Shown in pieces: positions 50,646 to 60,427 of a DNA stretch of 64,000 bases; position 1 is the first letter of the stretch; each line of letters begins with the position of its first letter. A model generated the notes under the pieces. It saw only the letters and a list, made by a program, of their open reading frames with translations. It searched no databases and was not told the origin of the DNA. A program made the translations under genes and the position numbers. The DNA is from an uncultured bacterium. GTDB lineage: Bacteria > Actinomycetota > Acidimicrobiia > Spongiisociales > UBA5794. The DNA lies in assembly GCA_963801165.1 (NCBI GenBank), contig CAWDDT010000004.1, positions 448,001 to 512,000 of the forward strand, in the 5' to 3' direction.

Positions 50646-51677
50646 TCGCGATGAACCCGACGGCAACCGGGCGCCGCGGGATTCCGGCGGTGGCCCTGGT
50701 TGCCCTGGCCGCTGCGCTCTGGGGCACGGATGGTGTTTTCCGATTCTGGCTGGCCGTCGAGATGCCCGCGACCGTGGTTGTGCTTCTCGAACATGTCGTC
50801 CTCGTACTCATGACTCTCCCGTTCTTGATTCGCGTAGGGCCGGCGTTGCGGCGGCTGAACGCTGGGGATTGGGTTTCCGTGATCCTGGTTGGCGCGGGCG
50901 CGGTCGGTACTCGGCACCGTGCTGTTCACAATGGCTTTCTCCTACGGAGACCCGAATACACCTCTGCTTCTGCAGAAACTACAGCCCGCGTTTGCCGTGT
51001 TGGCTGCCGCCCTCATCCTCGGCGAACGGCTGACCAGCCACTACTGGCGCTATTTTGCGTTCGGGATTGGGGGCGCCTATCTGATCAGCTTCCCCGACCT
51101 CACTCCGAGTTCGGTTGACCAGGCCGCACCGGCCCTGCTGGCACTCGGAGCCGCAGGACTCTGGGGCCTGGGGACTGTCCTGGGGCGCCGCCTCACCGAG
51201 AAGGTGCCTTTCGCCCAACTCACCGCACTGCGGTTCGGCATCGGTATGCCCGTGGCTGCGATTGCAGTGGCGCTTCGCGGAGAGTGGCCTCGCCTCACGG
51301 AGGTCACGCCCGCAGAGATCTGGGGCGTCGCGGGCTTGGCATTGGTTCCTGGTTTCCTCGCCATCATGCTCTACTACCGCGGTCTCGGTGGGACCCCTGC
51401 CTCGACTGCAACGCTCGCCGAGTTGGCTTTTCCGGTCAGCGCTCTTCTCCTCAATTGGCTGGTTCTCGGCAGTACCCTCGAGGTCGGTCAGGTGGTGGGG
51501 GTGGTGGTCCTCGTTGCGACGATCACGGCAATGGGTTTGGCCCAAGCGAGATCACCGATCCGGCTGGGAGTGCGGGTGAAGAGAATGGCGGCGACAGAGG
51601 GCGAGCTGATCGGGGCTCGCGGATCTGGCCAAGTGTCCGACGAGTTGTTGAGAACACGAGATTCGATGGAGGCGTAG
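50642..51677 (+). CDS. DMT/EamA transporter (frameshift near 50900)
   Basis: AAALWGTDG, LLQKLQP, ATLAELAFP. Confidence 0.82.
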
Positions 51678-51683
51678 CACACC

Positions 51684-52670
51684 ATGAAGGTTGGAACAGC
51701 AGTTTGGCTCGATCGTCCGGCGCGAGACGCGGCACGCATAGCCGCGGCCGCGGAGCAGGCGGGGTTCGACGCCATGTGGGTGCCGGATCACTACTTCCTA
51801 CGCGACTCGTTTGTTGCTCTGGCGTTGGCGGCGGAGGCAACGTCCACCATCAAGCTTGGCACGGCAGTAGCGAGCCCGCTGCTGCGTCATCCTGCGCAGC
51901 TCGCCGGTTCCTTCGGAACCCTCCAAGAGGTATCCGAGGGCAGGGTGATTGTCGGGATCGGTCCCGGGGGAGCGGAGTTCGGTCGGCAACTCGGTCTGCC
52001 GATCAGACGACCGCTCAGCTTGATCGAGGAATCGGTCGAGATCATTCGCGGCCTCGGGAATGGCCCAATCAGCATGGCGGGGGATCATTTCGAAGTCTCA
52101 GGTGCCGAGCTCGGTTGGCGATGCCAACCGATGCCGGTGTATCTCGCAGCCAGGGGGCCCAAGATGCTGGAGCTCTCCGGCCGGATCGCAGATGGGATCT
52201 TCGCCCACGGGCTTGCTCCGAGCTGCGTGGAGTTCATTCAGGACCGGGTTGCCGCGGGGGAGGAAAGCGCCGGCCGCAAAGGCGCTTGCGAAATCAACTT
52301 CATGTTTGTCTATGAATACGACACGGATCGAGAGGCGGCGATCGATCGGCTGCGATCGAGTGTCACCTACATGGTGGCCGGCAACTACCCCGAGGAGCTG
52401 ATTCCGATATTCGGTCTGGACCCAGAAGAGGTTCTTCCGATTCGGGAGGTCGTTGCCAGAGGAGATCTCGATCGCGCTAACCAGATGATGACTCCGGAGA
52501 TGATCGAGGCATTCAACGTTGGGGGGCCGGAATCTGCTCTCATCGACCGGCTCCGCTTGTTGGCGGACCACGGTGTCGAAAGCGTGACGCTCCAGTTGGG
52601 TGGAGACACAGTCGAGGAGGCCATTGCCCGAACCGAACGCGTTGGACGAGCGATTGCGACGTTGGTATGA
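51684..52670 (+). CDS. LLM class oxidoreductase (Mer-like)
   Basis: WVPDHYFLRD, LGTAVASPLLRHP, YLAARGPKMLELSGRIADG. Confidence 0.92.
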   Translation: MKVGTAVWLDRPARDAARIAAAAEQAGFDAMWVPDHYFLRDSFVALALAAEATSTIKLGTAVASPLLRHPAQLAGSFGTLQEVSEGRVIVGIGPGGAEFGRQLGLPIRRPLSLIEESVEIIRGLGNGPISMAGDHFEVSGAELGWRCQPMPVYLAARGPKMLELSGRIADGIFAHGLAPSCVEFIQDRVAAGEESAGRKGACEINFMFVYEYDTDREAAIDRLRSSVTYMVAGNYPEELIPIFGLDPEEVLPIREVVARGDLDRANQMMTPEMIEAFNVGGPESALIDRLRLLADHGVESVTLQLGGDTVEEAIARTERVGRAIATLV

Positions 52671-53965
52671 CGGATCTTCAGATCAAAGGCGGAACAGTCA
52701 TAACGATGGACGACGAGCGCTCTATCGTGGAAGCGGACGTCTATGTCGACGCCGGGCGGATCGTCACGATCGGTGGTCCGCAACGTCCTGCCCGCAGGAC
52801 AATCGACGCTACCGGGATGGTCGTCATTCCGGGGCTCATCAACCTTCACGATCACTTGCGCGACCTTACCCCAGGGATCCGGATCGGTGAGGGCCTCAAG
52901 ATCGACGAATTGTTGCGGGCCTACTGGCGGCTCACCGAAGCCATGGGTGTTGTTGAGTACCGGGTCGGTGCAATGCTCGGCGCCGCTCGCCTCGTCAGGG
53001 CCGGTGTCACCTCGGTGGTCGATCACGTGTATCCGTTCCATGTTCCCGGACTGGCGGAATCGACGGTGGCAGGTTATGAGGCCGTCGGCATTCGATGGTT
53101 CATGGCCCGCGGCATAATGACCCAACCGTACGAGCCGATTTGCGAAACCGAGGCCGAAGCCTTCCGGGGAATCGACGAGCTCTCCGAGATTGTGCCCACC
53201 GAGCGCCTGTTCGTAGCACCGGTGTCGCTGCGACAGGCACCACCAGAGCTCTATGCAGAGGCTCGGCGGTTTGCTGACCAGCGGGGCCTGCGTCTCTACA
53301 CCCACATCGCCGAGACACCCGACGAGGTGACCAAGACGAGGGAGGAGTATGGTGCCCGCCCCGTCGAGTTACTCCACAAGCTCGGATTCGCCGGCGAGGA
53401 CACCGTCTTGGTCCATTGCGTTCAGCTGTCTGCGCAAGAGATGCGTCTTCTGGCTGCGAGCGGCAGCCACGTGGTTCACTGCCCCACGAACCACATGAAG
53501 CTTGCCAAAGGAGTGACCGCCGTCCCGAAGCTACTCGAGCGTGGCATCAACGTGGGGATGGGCGTCGACACAATGGGTGACATCATCGCCGAGATGCATC
53601 AGGAGGTATTGATCCAGAGCTTGGCCACGGGAGATCCGGGTGCGATTGACCCCGTAACGGCGCTGGAGATGGCTACCCGAAACGGCGCTGCCGCTTTGGG
53701 ACTGGCGGATGAGCTGGGATCCATCGAGGAGGGCAAGCGGGCGGATTTGGTATGCGTCGATCTTCGCGCCATCCATCTGCGGCCAGTCCTCGATCCGATC
53801 TGGACGCTGGTGAATCGCGCCCAGGGACACGATGTCGCGCATGTCGTTATCGATGGCCGCCTTGTCGTACGCGCCGGCAAGCTGACCATGGTTGACGAGC
53901 CGTCACTCATGGAAGAGGTAGATACCGTCGCATCCGCGTACCTCCGCAGGACCGGCATGGCGTGA
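52667..53965 (+). CDS. Amidohydrolase (MTA/SAH deaminase or AtzA/SsnA-like)
   Basis: PGLINLHDH, THIAET, VHCV, HCPTNHMKL, GVD. Confidence 0.9.
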   Translation: MTDLQIKGGTVITMDDERSIVEADVYVDAGRIVTIGGPQRPARRTIDATGMVVIPGLINLHDHLRDLTPGIRIGEGLKIDELLRAYWRLTEAMGVVEYRVGAMLGAARLVRAGVTSVVDHVYPFHVPGLAESTVAGYEAVGIRWFMARGIMTQPYEPICETEAEAFRGIDELSEIVPTERLFVAPVSLRQAPPELYAEARRFADQRGLRLYTHIAETPDEVTKTREEYGARPVELLHKLGFAGEDTVLVHCVQLSAQEMRLLAASGSHVVHCPTNHMKLAKGVTAVPKLLERGINVGMGVDTMGDIIAEMHQEVLIQSLATGDPGAIDPVTALEMATRNGAAALGLADELGSIEEGKRADLVCVDLRAIHLRPVLDPIWTLVNRAQGHDVAHVVIDGRLVVRAGKLTMVDEPSLMEEVDTVASAYLRRTGMA

Positions 53966-54131
53966 CCAGCATCGCCATTCGGATCGTCTCCTGCGGGGCC
54001 GGACAGCGCTTGGCGTTTCCGTGTCTCTTGCGTGCCGCCAATGATCGGACCGACCAAGAAGGGCCTTCCGGCCGTATTCAGTGGTGTCGCTCCGCGATAC
54101 CGTTATATCATCCATTAGGGAGCAGGACGTG

Positions 54132-54389
54132 ATGGCATCTGTAACCAGATTCGGCGTCAGTGTCGTTGATGGCGACGGCATGCAGGTACCTGGTTTGCAA
54201 CTCGGTGCCCGTTTCAAGTACGACAGCGAGCCAGCGTCGTGGGACTGGGAGACAACCGATGGATATGGAGTGGCCACCTTCTGCGACGAGCATCTCGAGC
54301 CTCCGCGCGAGGTGAGCATCTATGTGGGCGACACCTTCTGCGATAAGTTCCCAGTCGTGGATGGCGCAAACCTGGTCTTGGAGATGTGA
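54132..54389 (+). CDS. Small hypothetical protein
   Basis: 85-aa ORF preceded by RBS-like GGAG. Confidence 0.5.
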   Translation: MASVTRFGVSVVDGDGMQVPGLQLGARFKYDSEPASWDWETTDGYGVATFCDEHLEPPREVSIYVGDTFCDKFPVVDGANLVLEM

Positions 54390-54519
54390 TCGGCGCTAGC
54401 CGGTTGCATTCCCTAGGCGTACCGCGCATCGCTGCGGTGCGGCCATTTCATATTGCCAATTGTCACTCGGAACGAGTCGTGCGGTCGGGCCGTCGCCTCA
54501 GCTCCGTTAATAGTCGGGT

Positions 54520-54690
54520 GGAAAGGACAATGGCAAGCCCAAGCACCTGCCGGTACTGGCGGCGATAGAACGCCTCGAAGCTCACGCTGGCCCTCACTAC
54601 CGGCAGGTCATCCACCAGGCTCGACTCACCCCATATCTGAATCGTTGCCACGCCTAGTAAAAACGCATCAGCTACACCATTTGGGGGACA
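54520..54690 (-). pseudogene. 5' remnant of the ECF sigma gene plus its promoter (paralog of 24866-25464)
   Basis: VATIQIWGESSLVDDLPVVRASVSFEAFYRRQYRQVLGLAIVLS aligns to the intact sigma N-terminus. Confidence 0.88.
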
Positions 54691-54750
54691 CCGGCGCAAG
54701 GAGGAGGCCGGGACTCGCGTGATGGGGCGGCTTGGTCCGGGCTTCTTTGG

Positions 54751-55158
54751 TCAGCGGTCCGGGTGGGGGACGGCGACGACGGTGAGCCCGTCGATCCCCG
54801 TGAAGTCACGCGGGGTGCGCGTGTGGAGTGGTAGATCGTTGGCGAGGGCGATGGCGGCAATCATTGCGTCGTAGGCGCGGGTTGCCGGCTTGCGCCCGGC
54901 TCGGCGTAACCCGGCGGCAACTTGGCCGAAGCTGCGAGCAGCGGCAGCGTCAAAGGGAAGCGGATCGAAGTCGGCCTCGGCGTGCTGGAGGTGCGCCTGC
55001 CGGGCGGCCCGTTCCTCGTCGGCCGAAGCTACGAGTGGTCCCACCGAAAGCTCGGCGAGTGTGATTGCCGTTATTACTGGCTCGTCCGGAAGTGGGTCGG
55101 TCTCCCGAAGACGTCCGAGCAGTATGAGTGTGCTGGTATCGAGTATCCCGCGCGCCAT
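54751..55158 (-). CDS. vapC: VapC PIN-domain toxin
   Basis: ILDTS, ITLAEL, DAMIAAIA, RDF. Confidence 0.92.
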   Translation of the reverse strand: MARGILDTSTLILLGRLRETDPLPDEPVITAITLAELSVGPLVASADEERAARQAHLQHAEADFDPLPFDAAAARSFGQVAAGLRRAGRKPATRAYDAMIAAIALANDLPLHTRTPRDFTGIDGLTVVAVPHPDR

Positions 55159-55161
55159 GAG

Positions 55162-55398
55162 CTAGACGGTGGGGTCGAGGATCTGGTCGAGATCTTGGCG
55201 CAACCGGTCCGGGTCTAGGAACGAGAGATGCCGACGTCGCCCAAGAATGACGCTGAGCGACACAGGTTCGCGACCGAGGCGTCGGATTTCGGCGACTGGT
55301 TTCCCCGATCGTGTGATGGTGAGTCGCTCGCTTTTGGCAGCGCGGTCGACCACGTCGCCGCCATGGTTGCGTAGGTCGCGGATAGATACTTCTGACAT
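55162..55398 (-). CDS. vapB: Phd/YefM family antitoxin
   Basis: VSIRDLRNH..LTITRSGKPVA; operator-like palindrome gtattacgcgtgatac at 55409-55424. Confidence 0.88.
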   Translation of the reverse strand: MSEVSIRDLRNHGGDVVDRAAKSERLTITRSGKPVAEIRRLGREPVSLSVILGRRRHLSFLDPDRLRQDLDQILDPTV

Positions 55399-55626
55399 AC
55401 CCCAGATGGTATTACGCGTGATACAAGCATGGAAGGCAGCCGAGTTGACCTCACAGATCAATGATTCCCGAGTGATGAGACACATTTCGGAGGGTGCGCG
55501 AATGCGGCGTGCGGGAGCAGGCTGTGTTGGCAAGGGCGGCTTCGGGCTGCATCGGCGGCTCCCAACGAGATGCGTTCTACTGGCGGCGAAGATCCCCGCA
55601 CCGCGTTTGGGCGGCACCCGGGCCGA

Positions 55627-55670
55627 AACGCCGCCGGATCGCATAGACCGCCGGGTTGTCTCCGAGTGGC
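55627..55670. repeat. 44-bp direct repeat, copy 2
   Basis: Matches 26989-27032 with 1 mismatch. Confidence 0.85.
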
Positions 55671-55695
55671 TGCTCAGGGAGGACGTGTTCTCGGC

Positions 55696-56490
55696 TCAGA
55701 CGTCGGTGTCTGCCCACCACAGGCGGAGCACGGTTTCACACCCCAACCGGGCGAGACGATCGATATGGTCGGCGCCGTGCTCCAACTGGTCTTCGGGGTC
55801 GAAAGCACCTTCGTCCCCGCTCACGCGGAGCACGTTGTCGAGAACCACGGCTGCGCCACCGGAACGTAGTCCCCAGACGCGTGCCAGCACGAAGATGAGG
55901 CTCGCCTCCATCTCGGCGGCGACGACGTTGAGACGCTTCAGGTCTTCGAAATGATCGCGCCACCATCCTTGCCAGAAGCTGTTGAAGGACGATCCCGGCC
56001 TCGGATGGCGGGCATAGAAGGTGTCCGCCGAGCGCGTCGTTCCGATGTGGTACGTCAGCCCGAGAGCCTCGGCAGCATCGGCCGCCGCAGCGACAACGTC
56101 GTAGCTGGCCACCGCCGGGAACTCCGGTGGGGCGTAGCCGTGGGAAGCGCCATCGAGCCGTACCGCCGAATCGAAGATCGCCATGTCGCCGTTGGCGACG
56201 GTGTCTAGGAACGTGCCGCATGTGCCCACCCGGAAGAATGTCGTGGCCCCGCAGCGGGCGAGCTCTTCCATGGCGATCGACGTCGACGGCGCACCGATGC
56301 CGGTCGATACACAGCTGATGGGCGCCCCTTTGTAGCTGCCGGTGTATGTGACGTACTCCCGGTTGCTGGCAACATGTCTCGCCTCGTCCCAGAACGAGGC
56401 GATTGTCTCTACCCGACCCGGATCCCCGGGCAGAAGGACATACGGGGCGACGTCGCCGGAATCGATCTGCAGGTGGTACTGCACCGCCAC
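55696..56490 (-). CDS. udp: Uridine/nucleoside phosphorylase
   Basis: LPGDPGR, NREY, STGIGAPS, RVGTCG, EMEAS. Confidence 0.88.
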   Translation of the reverse strand: MAVQYHLQIDSGDVAPYVLLPGDPGRVETIASFWDEARHVASNREYVTYTGSYKGAPISCVSTGIGAPSTSIAMEELARCGATTFFRVGTCGTFLDTVANGDMAIFDSAVRLDGASHGYAPPEFPAVASYDVVAAAADAAEALGLTYHIGTTRSADTFYARHPRPGSSFNSFWQGWWRDHFEDLKRLNVVAAEMEASLIFVLARVWGLRSGGAAVVLDNVLRVSGDEGAFDPEDQLEHGADHIDRLARLGCETVLRLWWADTDV

Positions 56491-56656
56491 GGGGATCTCC
56501 TTCGTTGGCTCTGTCTCAACCTAGCTGAGCAGGCCACCCGTGGTTTGGTCTTGACCTCCGGGTATGGAGTTCGGTAGGTCCGCCGACCCTTTCTCGCCAA
56601 CTGCCTCGTCCGGACGCCGGAGATCGTCGAACCCACGGCTTCCCGGCGATGGTGCC

Positions 56657-56760
56657 GCCCTCACCGCCTTCGCTTCGCTCGGCACCCCTCCCAGAGGGAG
56701 AGGGATTCACCCTCCCTCTGGGAGGGTCGGGCGCCCGAAGGGCAGCCCGGGGAGGGCCTT
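56657..56760. repeat. REP-like palindromic repeat pair
   Basis: ccctc..cttcgcttcgctcg..ctccc..gggagaggga followed by an inverted partner; same family as 59590-59860. Confidence 0.7.
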
Positions 56761-56881
56761 CGCAGCTTCGCTCAGCCGTCAATTCCTGTTGACGGCGAAG
56801 GTGGACCCTGATCGTCCAGAAGACGCCAGGGAATCAGCCTCCCGACGTATTTCGGCGCAGGGAGTGGCAGACGCAGCCGCG

Positions 56882-59494
56882 CTATTCGTCGAGGATGTCG
56901 TCGGTGTTGAACCACTCGAGCGTGTCGAAGTCCTCCGGCGGTGGGGGAGGCGTCGGTTCCTCGGGGCGGCTGTTAGCGCGGGTGGCTAGAGGCGGAGGCT
57001 CGTCTCCCGGGGCCGCCTGCTGTGGCTTCCAGGTGCGGTAGCGCTCGATGATCGTGGTGTCCGCGTCATCGTCGTTGTTCCAGCTATGCGCCAGACGGTC
57101 CTTGAGATCGGTCCAGGTTGCTGTGGCGTTGGGAGGGTTCTCTCGCAGATACATCGGGACCTGTTTCGCCCAGCCGACCGCACGCAGGGTGAACATCATC
57201 ACCGTGCCCGTGATGGCCACCACGCCGATGGCGGCCACGAGCACGACGGCGCGGGGCAAGTCGAGCTCGAAGAATCTCTGCGAGGCACCGGAGAGAAGGA
57301 GCAGCGTCAGCAGCGCGATCATCGCCCCGATCAGGATCTTTTTCCACGGCAGAAGCGGGCGGCTGACGATGCCGAGGGCAAACAGCCCCACCGCCGCCAG
57401 CACCAACGTTGCTGTGGTGCGGGCTTGCTGGAGCGATACCTCCTCCGTGATTGCCAGCTCGTAGGCCGCATAAGTCGCCAGACCGGCGGCGAGGCCTGTC
57501 GGGAGCGAGAAGCTCAGCACCCGGCGTACGAACCCACGGCGGGCTCGCTCGGCGCTGGGAGCCAGCGCCAGGAAGAAGGCGGGGAGCCCGATAGTGATGG
57601 TGCCCACCAGCGTGAGGTGGCGGGGGAGGAACGGGAATGGTCTGCCGGCGAGCCCGACCGCCAGAGCGATAAACACGGCGTACACGGTCTTGGTGAGAAA
57701 GAGGTTGGCAACCCGCTCGATGTTGGCGATGACCTTCCTGCCTTCAGCGACGACCTCGGGCAAGGTGCTGAACTGGCCGTCGATGAGCACCAACTGGGCC
57801 ACGGCACGGGAGGCGGCGCTGCCACCGCCGACGGCCACCCCGACGTCCGCATCCTTCAGTGCCAGCACATCGTTGATCCCGTCGCCGGTCATCGCGACAA
57901 CGTGGCCGCGTGACTGGAGCGCCTGGACCATCACCCGCTTCTGATGCGGGGTCACCCGGCCGAAGACGGTCCCCTGCTCGATGGCGTCGGCAAACCCCTC
58001 GGGGTCGCGGGGCAGGTTGCGGGCGTCGACAGCCTCAGCCGAACCGGGCACACCGACCTCGCGGGCGATGGCTGCGACCGTTTCCGGATGATCGCCAGAG
58101 ATGACCTTCGCCTGCACACCCTGAGCGGCGAAGTAGCGCAGCGTCGCCGCCGCATCCGACCGGATCTTGTCGCCGAGTGTCACCAAGGCTGCCGGCTTGA
58201 GTTGCCGCGGTAGCCGGTCGCCGCTGAGCGGGTAGTCGGTCCATGCCAACAGGACGACCCGGTTTCCCTGCTCGGCGAGTTGCTCGGCATGGTCGTTCAC
58301 CCTGGCGTTGCTGGAGAGGACGATCTCGGGTGCGCCCAACACCCACGTGCCTTCGCCTGCGAAGGAGGCTGCGCTCCACTTGCGGTCGGAAGAGAACGGG
58401 ACCACACCCGTGTTGTGCCACGTGTGCTGGGCGGGATAGCGGGCTGCGATTGCCTTGAGGGTCGCGTTCGGCTCCGGCTCGGAGGCGACGAGCGCACCCA
58501 GCGCCGCTTCCGGGTCCACGTCGCCCAACTCGATGACCCCGCGTACGACCAGGGTCCCTTCGGTTAGCGTTCCCGTCTTATCGAAGCACACGGTGTCGAC
58601 CCGGGCGAGACCCTCGATGGCAGGCAGCTCCTGCACCAGCACGTTGCGTCTTCCCAGCCGGATCACCCCGACCGCAAACGCCAGAGATGTCAGGAGCACC
58701 AGGCCCTGGGGGATCATCCCCACCGCACTGGCGACTGCGGAACTGAGGGCGTCGTGCCAGCCCGTATCGAGACGCATCTGGGTCCACAACAGCAACAGGA
58801 TCATCGGCCCGACGATCCACGACACACCGCCGATGATCCAGTCGACGCCATCGCGCAATTCGGATCTGACCAGCACGAACTGCTTCGCTTCCTTCGCCAG
58901 GGCGGCCGCATAGGCGTCATCGCCGACCCGGCGGGCACGGAACCAGCCGTTGCCCGCGACGACGAAGGAGCCCGAAAGACAGGTTTCGCTCTCAGACTTG
59001 GCGACGGCGTCGGATTCCCCGGTCAGCAGCGACTCGTCGATCTCGAGACCGCGGCTCTTCGTCACCGTTCCATCGACAGGTACCTGGTCCCCGGTGGCGA
59101 GTGCGATCAGGTCGTCACGCACGATCTGGTTGACCGGGATCTCGATCTGGCGGCCGTCACGGATCACATTGGCCACCGGTGCCGTCAGCAGGGCCAGCCG
59201 ATCGAGCGTCCGTTTCGCCCGCAGCTCCTGGATGATGCCGATGGCGGCGTTGGAGACGAGCACGAACCCGAATAGCGCATCCTTGGGTTCCCGAATCACC
59301 GCCAGGACGACGACGAGCAAGATCCCGAGCAGGATGTTGAACCGGGTGACCACGTTGGCTCGGACGATGTCGGCGGTCGTCCTGGCGGCGGTCTCCGTCA
59401 CCCGGTTTACCTGCCCGGCGGCCACCCGCTCGGCCACCTCTGCCGAGGTCAAACCCTGCGGGCCGGCCGCAACCTGTTGCGTTTCCGAGGTCAT
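56882..59494 (-). CDS. ctpE: Cation-transporting P-type ATPase (CtpE-like)
   Basis: LTGES, IPQGL, DKTGTLT, MTGDGINDV. Confidence 0.88.
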   Translation of the reverse strand: MTSETQQVAAGPQGLTSAEVAERVAAGQVNRVTETAARTTADIVRANVVTRFNILLGILLVVVLAVIREPKDALFGFVLVSNAAIGIIQELRAKRTLDRLALLTAPVANVIRDGRQIEIPVNQIVRDDLIALATGDQVPVDGTVTKSRGLEIDESLLTGESDAVAKSESETCLSGSFVVAGNGWFRARRVGDDAYAAALAKEAKQFVLVRSELRDGVDWIIGGVSWIVGPMILLLLWTQMRLDTGWHDALSSAVASAVGMIPQGLVLLTSLAFAVGVIRLGRRNVLVQELPAIEGLARVDTVCFDKTGTLTEGTLVVRGVIELGDVDPEAALGALVASEPEPNATLKAIAARYPAQHTWHNTGVVPFSSDRKWSAASFAGEGTWVLGAPEIVLSSNARVNDHAEQLAEQGNRVVLLAWTDYPLSGDRLPRQLKPAALVTLGDKIRSDAAATLRYFAAQGVQAKVISGDHPETVAAIAREVGVPGSAEAVDARNLPRDPEGFADAIEQGTVFGRVTPHQKRVMVQALQSRGHVVAMTGDGINDVLALKDADVGVAVGGGSAASRAVAQLVLIDGQFSTLPEVVAEGRKVIANIERVANLFLTKTVYAVFIALAVGLAGRPFPFLPRHLTLVGTITIGLPAFFLALAPSAERARRGFVRRVLSFSLPTGLAAGLATYAAYELAITEEVSLQQARTTATLVLAAVGLFALGIVSRPLLPWKKILIGAMIALLTLLLLSGASQRFFELDLPRAVVLVAAIGVVAITGTVMMFTLRAVGWAKQVPMYLRENPPNATATWTDLKDRLAHSWNNDDDADTTIIERYRTWKPQQAAPGDEPPPLATRANSRPEEPTPPPPPEDFDTLEWFNTDDILDE

Positions 59495-59589
59495 AGAGAG
59501 AGCCTACAGCAGCGGGGTTTGTCCGCCCTCGGTGTCGTTGGCCGTTGCTGGTTCCACCGGGTATGCCACTCAAAGTGTGTCGTGACGAG

Positions 59590-59860
59590 GCCCTCACCTG
59601 GCTTCGCTTCGCTCGCCATCCTCTCCCAGGGGGAGAGGGAAAGATCACTGTTGTTTCTTGTGGTGGCGGGATCAGTGACCGTCCCTTGCGGGGGGTGGGG
59701 ACGGCGGTGGGCGTCGTGTGTCGTTCTCCCTTTGTCCGGGTTGCGCCGGGCCGATCTCCCCGAGCTGGGGGATCACTGTTGTTTCGTGTGGTGGCGGGAT
59801 CAGTGACCCTCCCCTAGCGGGAGGGTCGAGGGAGCGTAGCGACCGAGGGGAGGGGAGAAA
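59590..59860. repeat. BIME-like mosaic of REP-like palindromes with a duplicated 38-bp linker
   Basis: gatcactgttgtttc(t/g)tgtggtggcgggatcagtgacc at 59643-59680 and 59771-59808. Confidence 0.75.
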
Positions 59861-59995
59861 CAACGGCGGTCGCGATGTCCTGCTCCCTTGAGAACCGCTC
59901 GGGTGTTTACGGATTGTGGCCGATGAACTACACTGTTGTAACTTCCCGAGTGTAACTTCTGCAAGATGCTGGACCAGGAGTAAGGGGCAGCCGAT

Positions 59996-60385
59996 ATGGC
60001 TATGGCGGTGCAAGTCGGTCTGATCGGAACCGAGCGTGTGGTCGATCGGGTCTTGGCAATTTATCGCGTACATCTGGAGCGGGCCATCGAGGTGCCGCTC
60101 GGCGATATGGTCGATCGCGAGATTTCCCTCGATGCGGCTCGACTCTCCGTCGTGGCCGCAGGTGACAGCAGGACGGCCGAGATCGTGGTGGACCAGACGG
60201 TGCAATGTGCCGAGCTGACGACGGCACTGTGGTCGCTCGAAGATCAGGGCTGGCGGGCCACCGTCGTTGTGCCCACCGCACGGCTCGGTGAGGCGCACAC
60301 CGCCCTGCGTGGGGTGCCGTGCCGTCTCCAGGGATGGTGGGAGGATTCCACCGGAATCTGCTTCGGCAGCCACGAGCTCCCGTAG
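59996..60385 (+). CDS. Hypothetical protein
   Basis: 129-aa ORF with RBS-like sequence; no family recognised. Confidence 0.6.
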   Translation: MAMAVQVGLIGTERVVDRVLAIYRVHLERAIEVPLGDMVDREISLDAARLSVVAAGDSRTAEIVVDQTVQCAELTTALWSLEDQGWRATVVVPTARLGEAHTALRGVPCRLQGWWEDSTGICFGSHELP

Positions 60386-60427
60386 GCCACTCCGCAGAGT
60401 CGCAAGCGTGTTCTCGGCACTACGCTG

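Noticed and set aside
59643-59808. 38-bp direct repeat as a mini CRISPR array
   Set aside because: Only two copies, a 90-bp spacer made of REP-like palindromes, and no cas genes in the window
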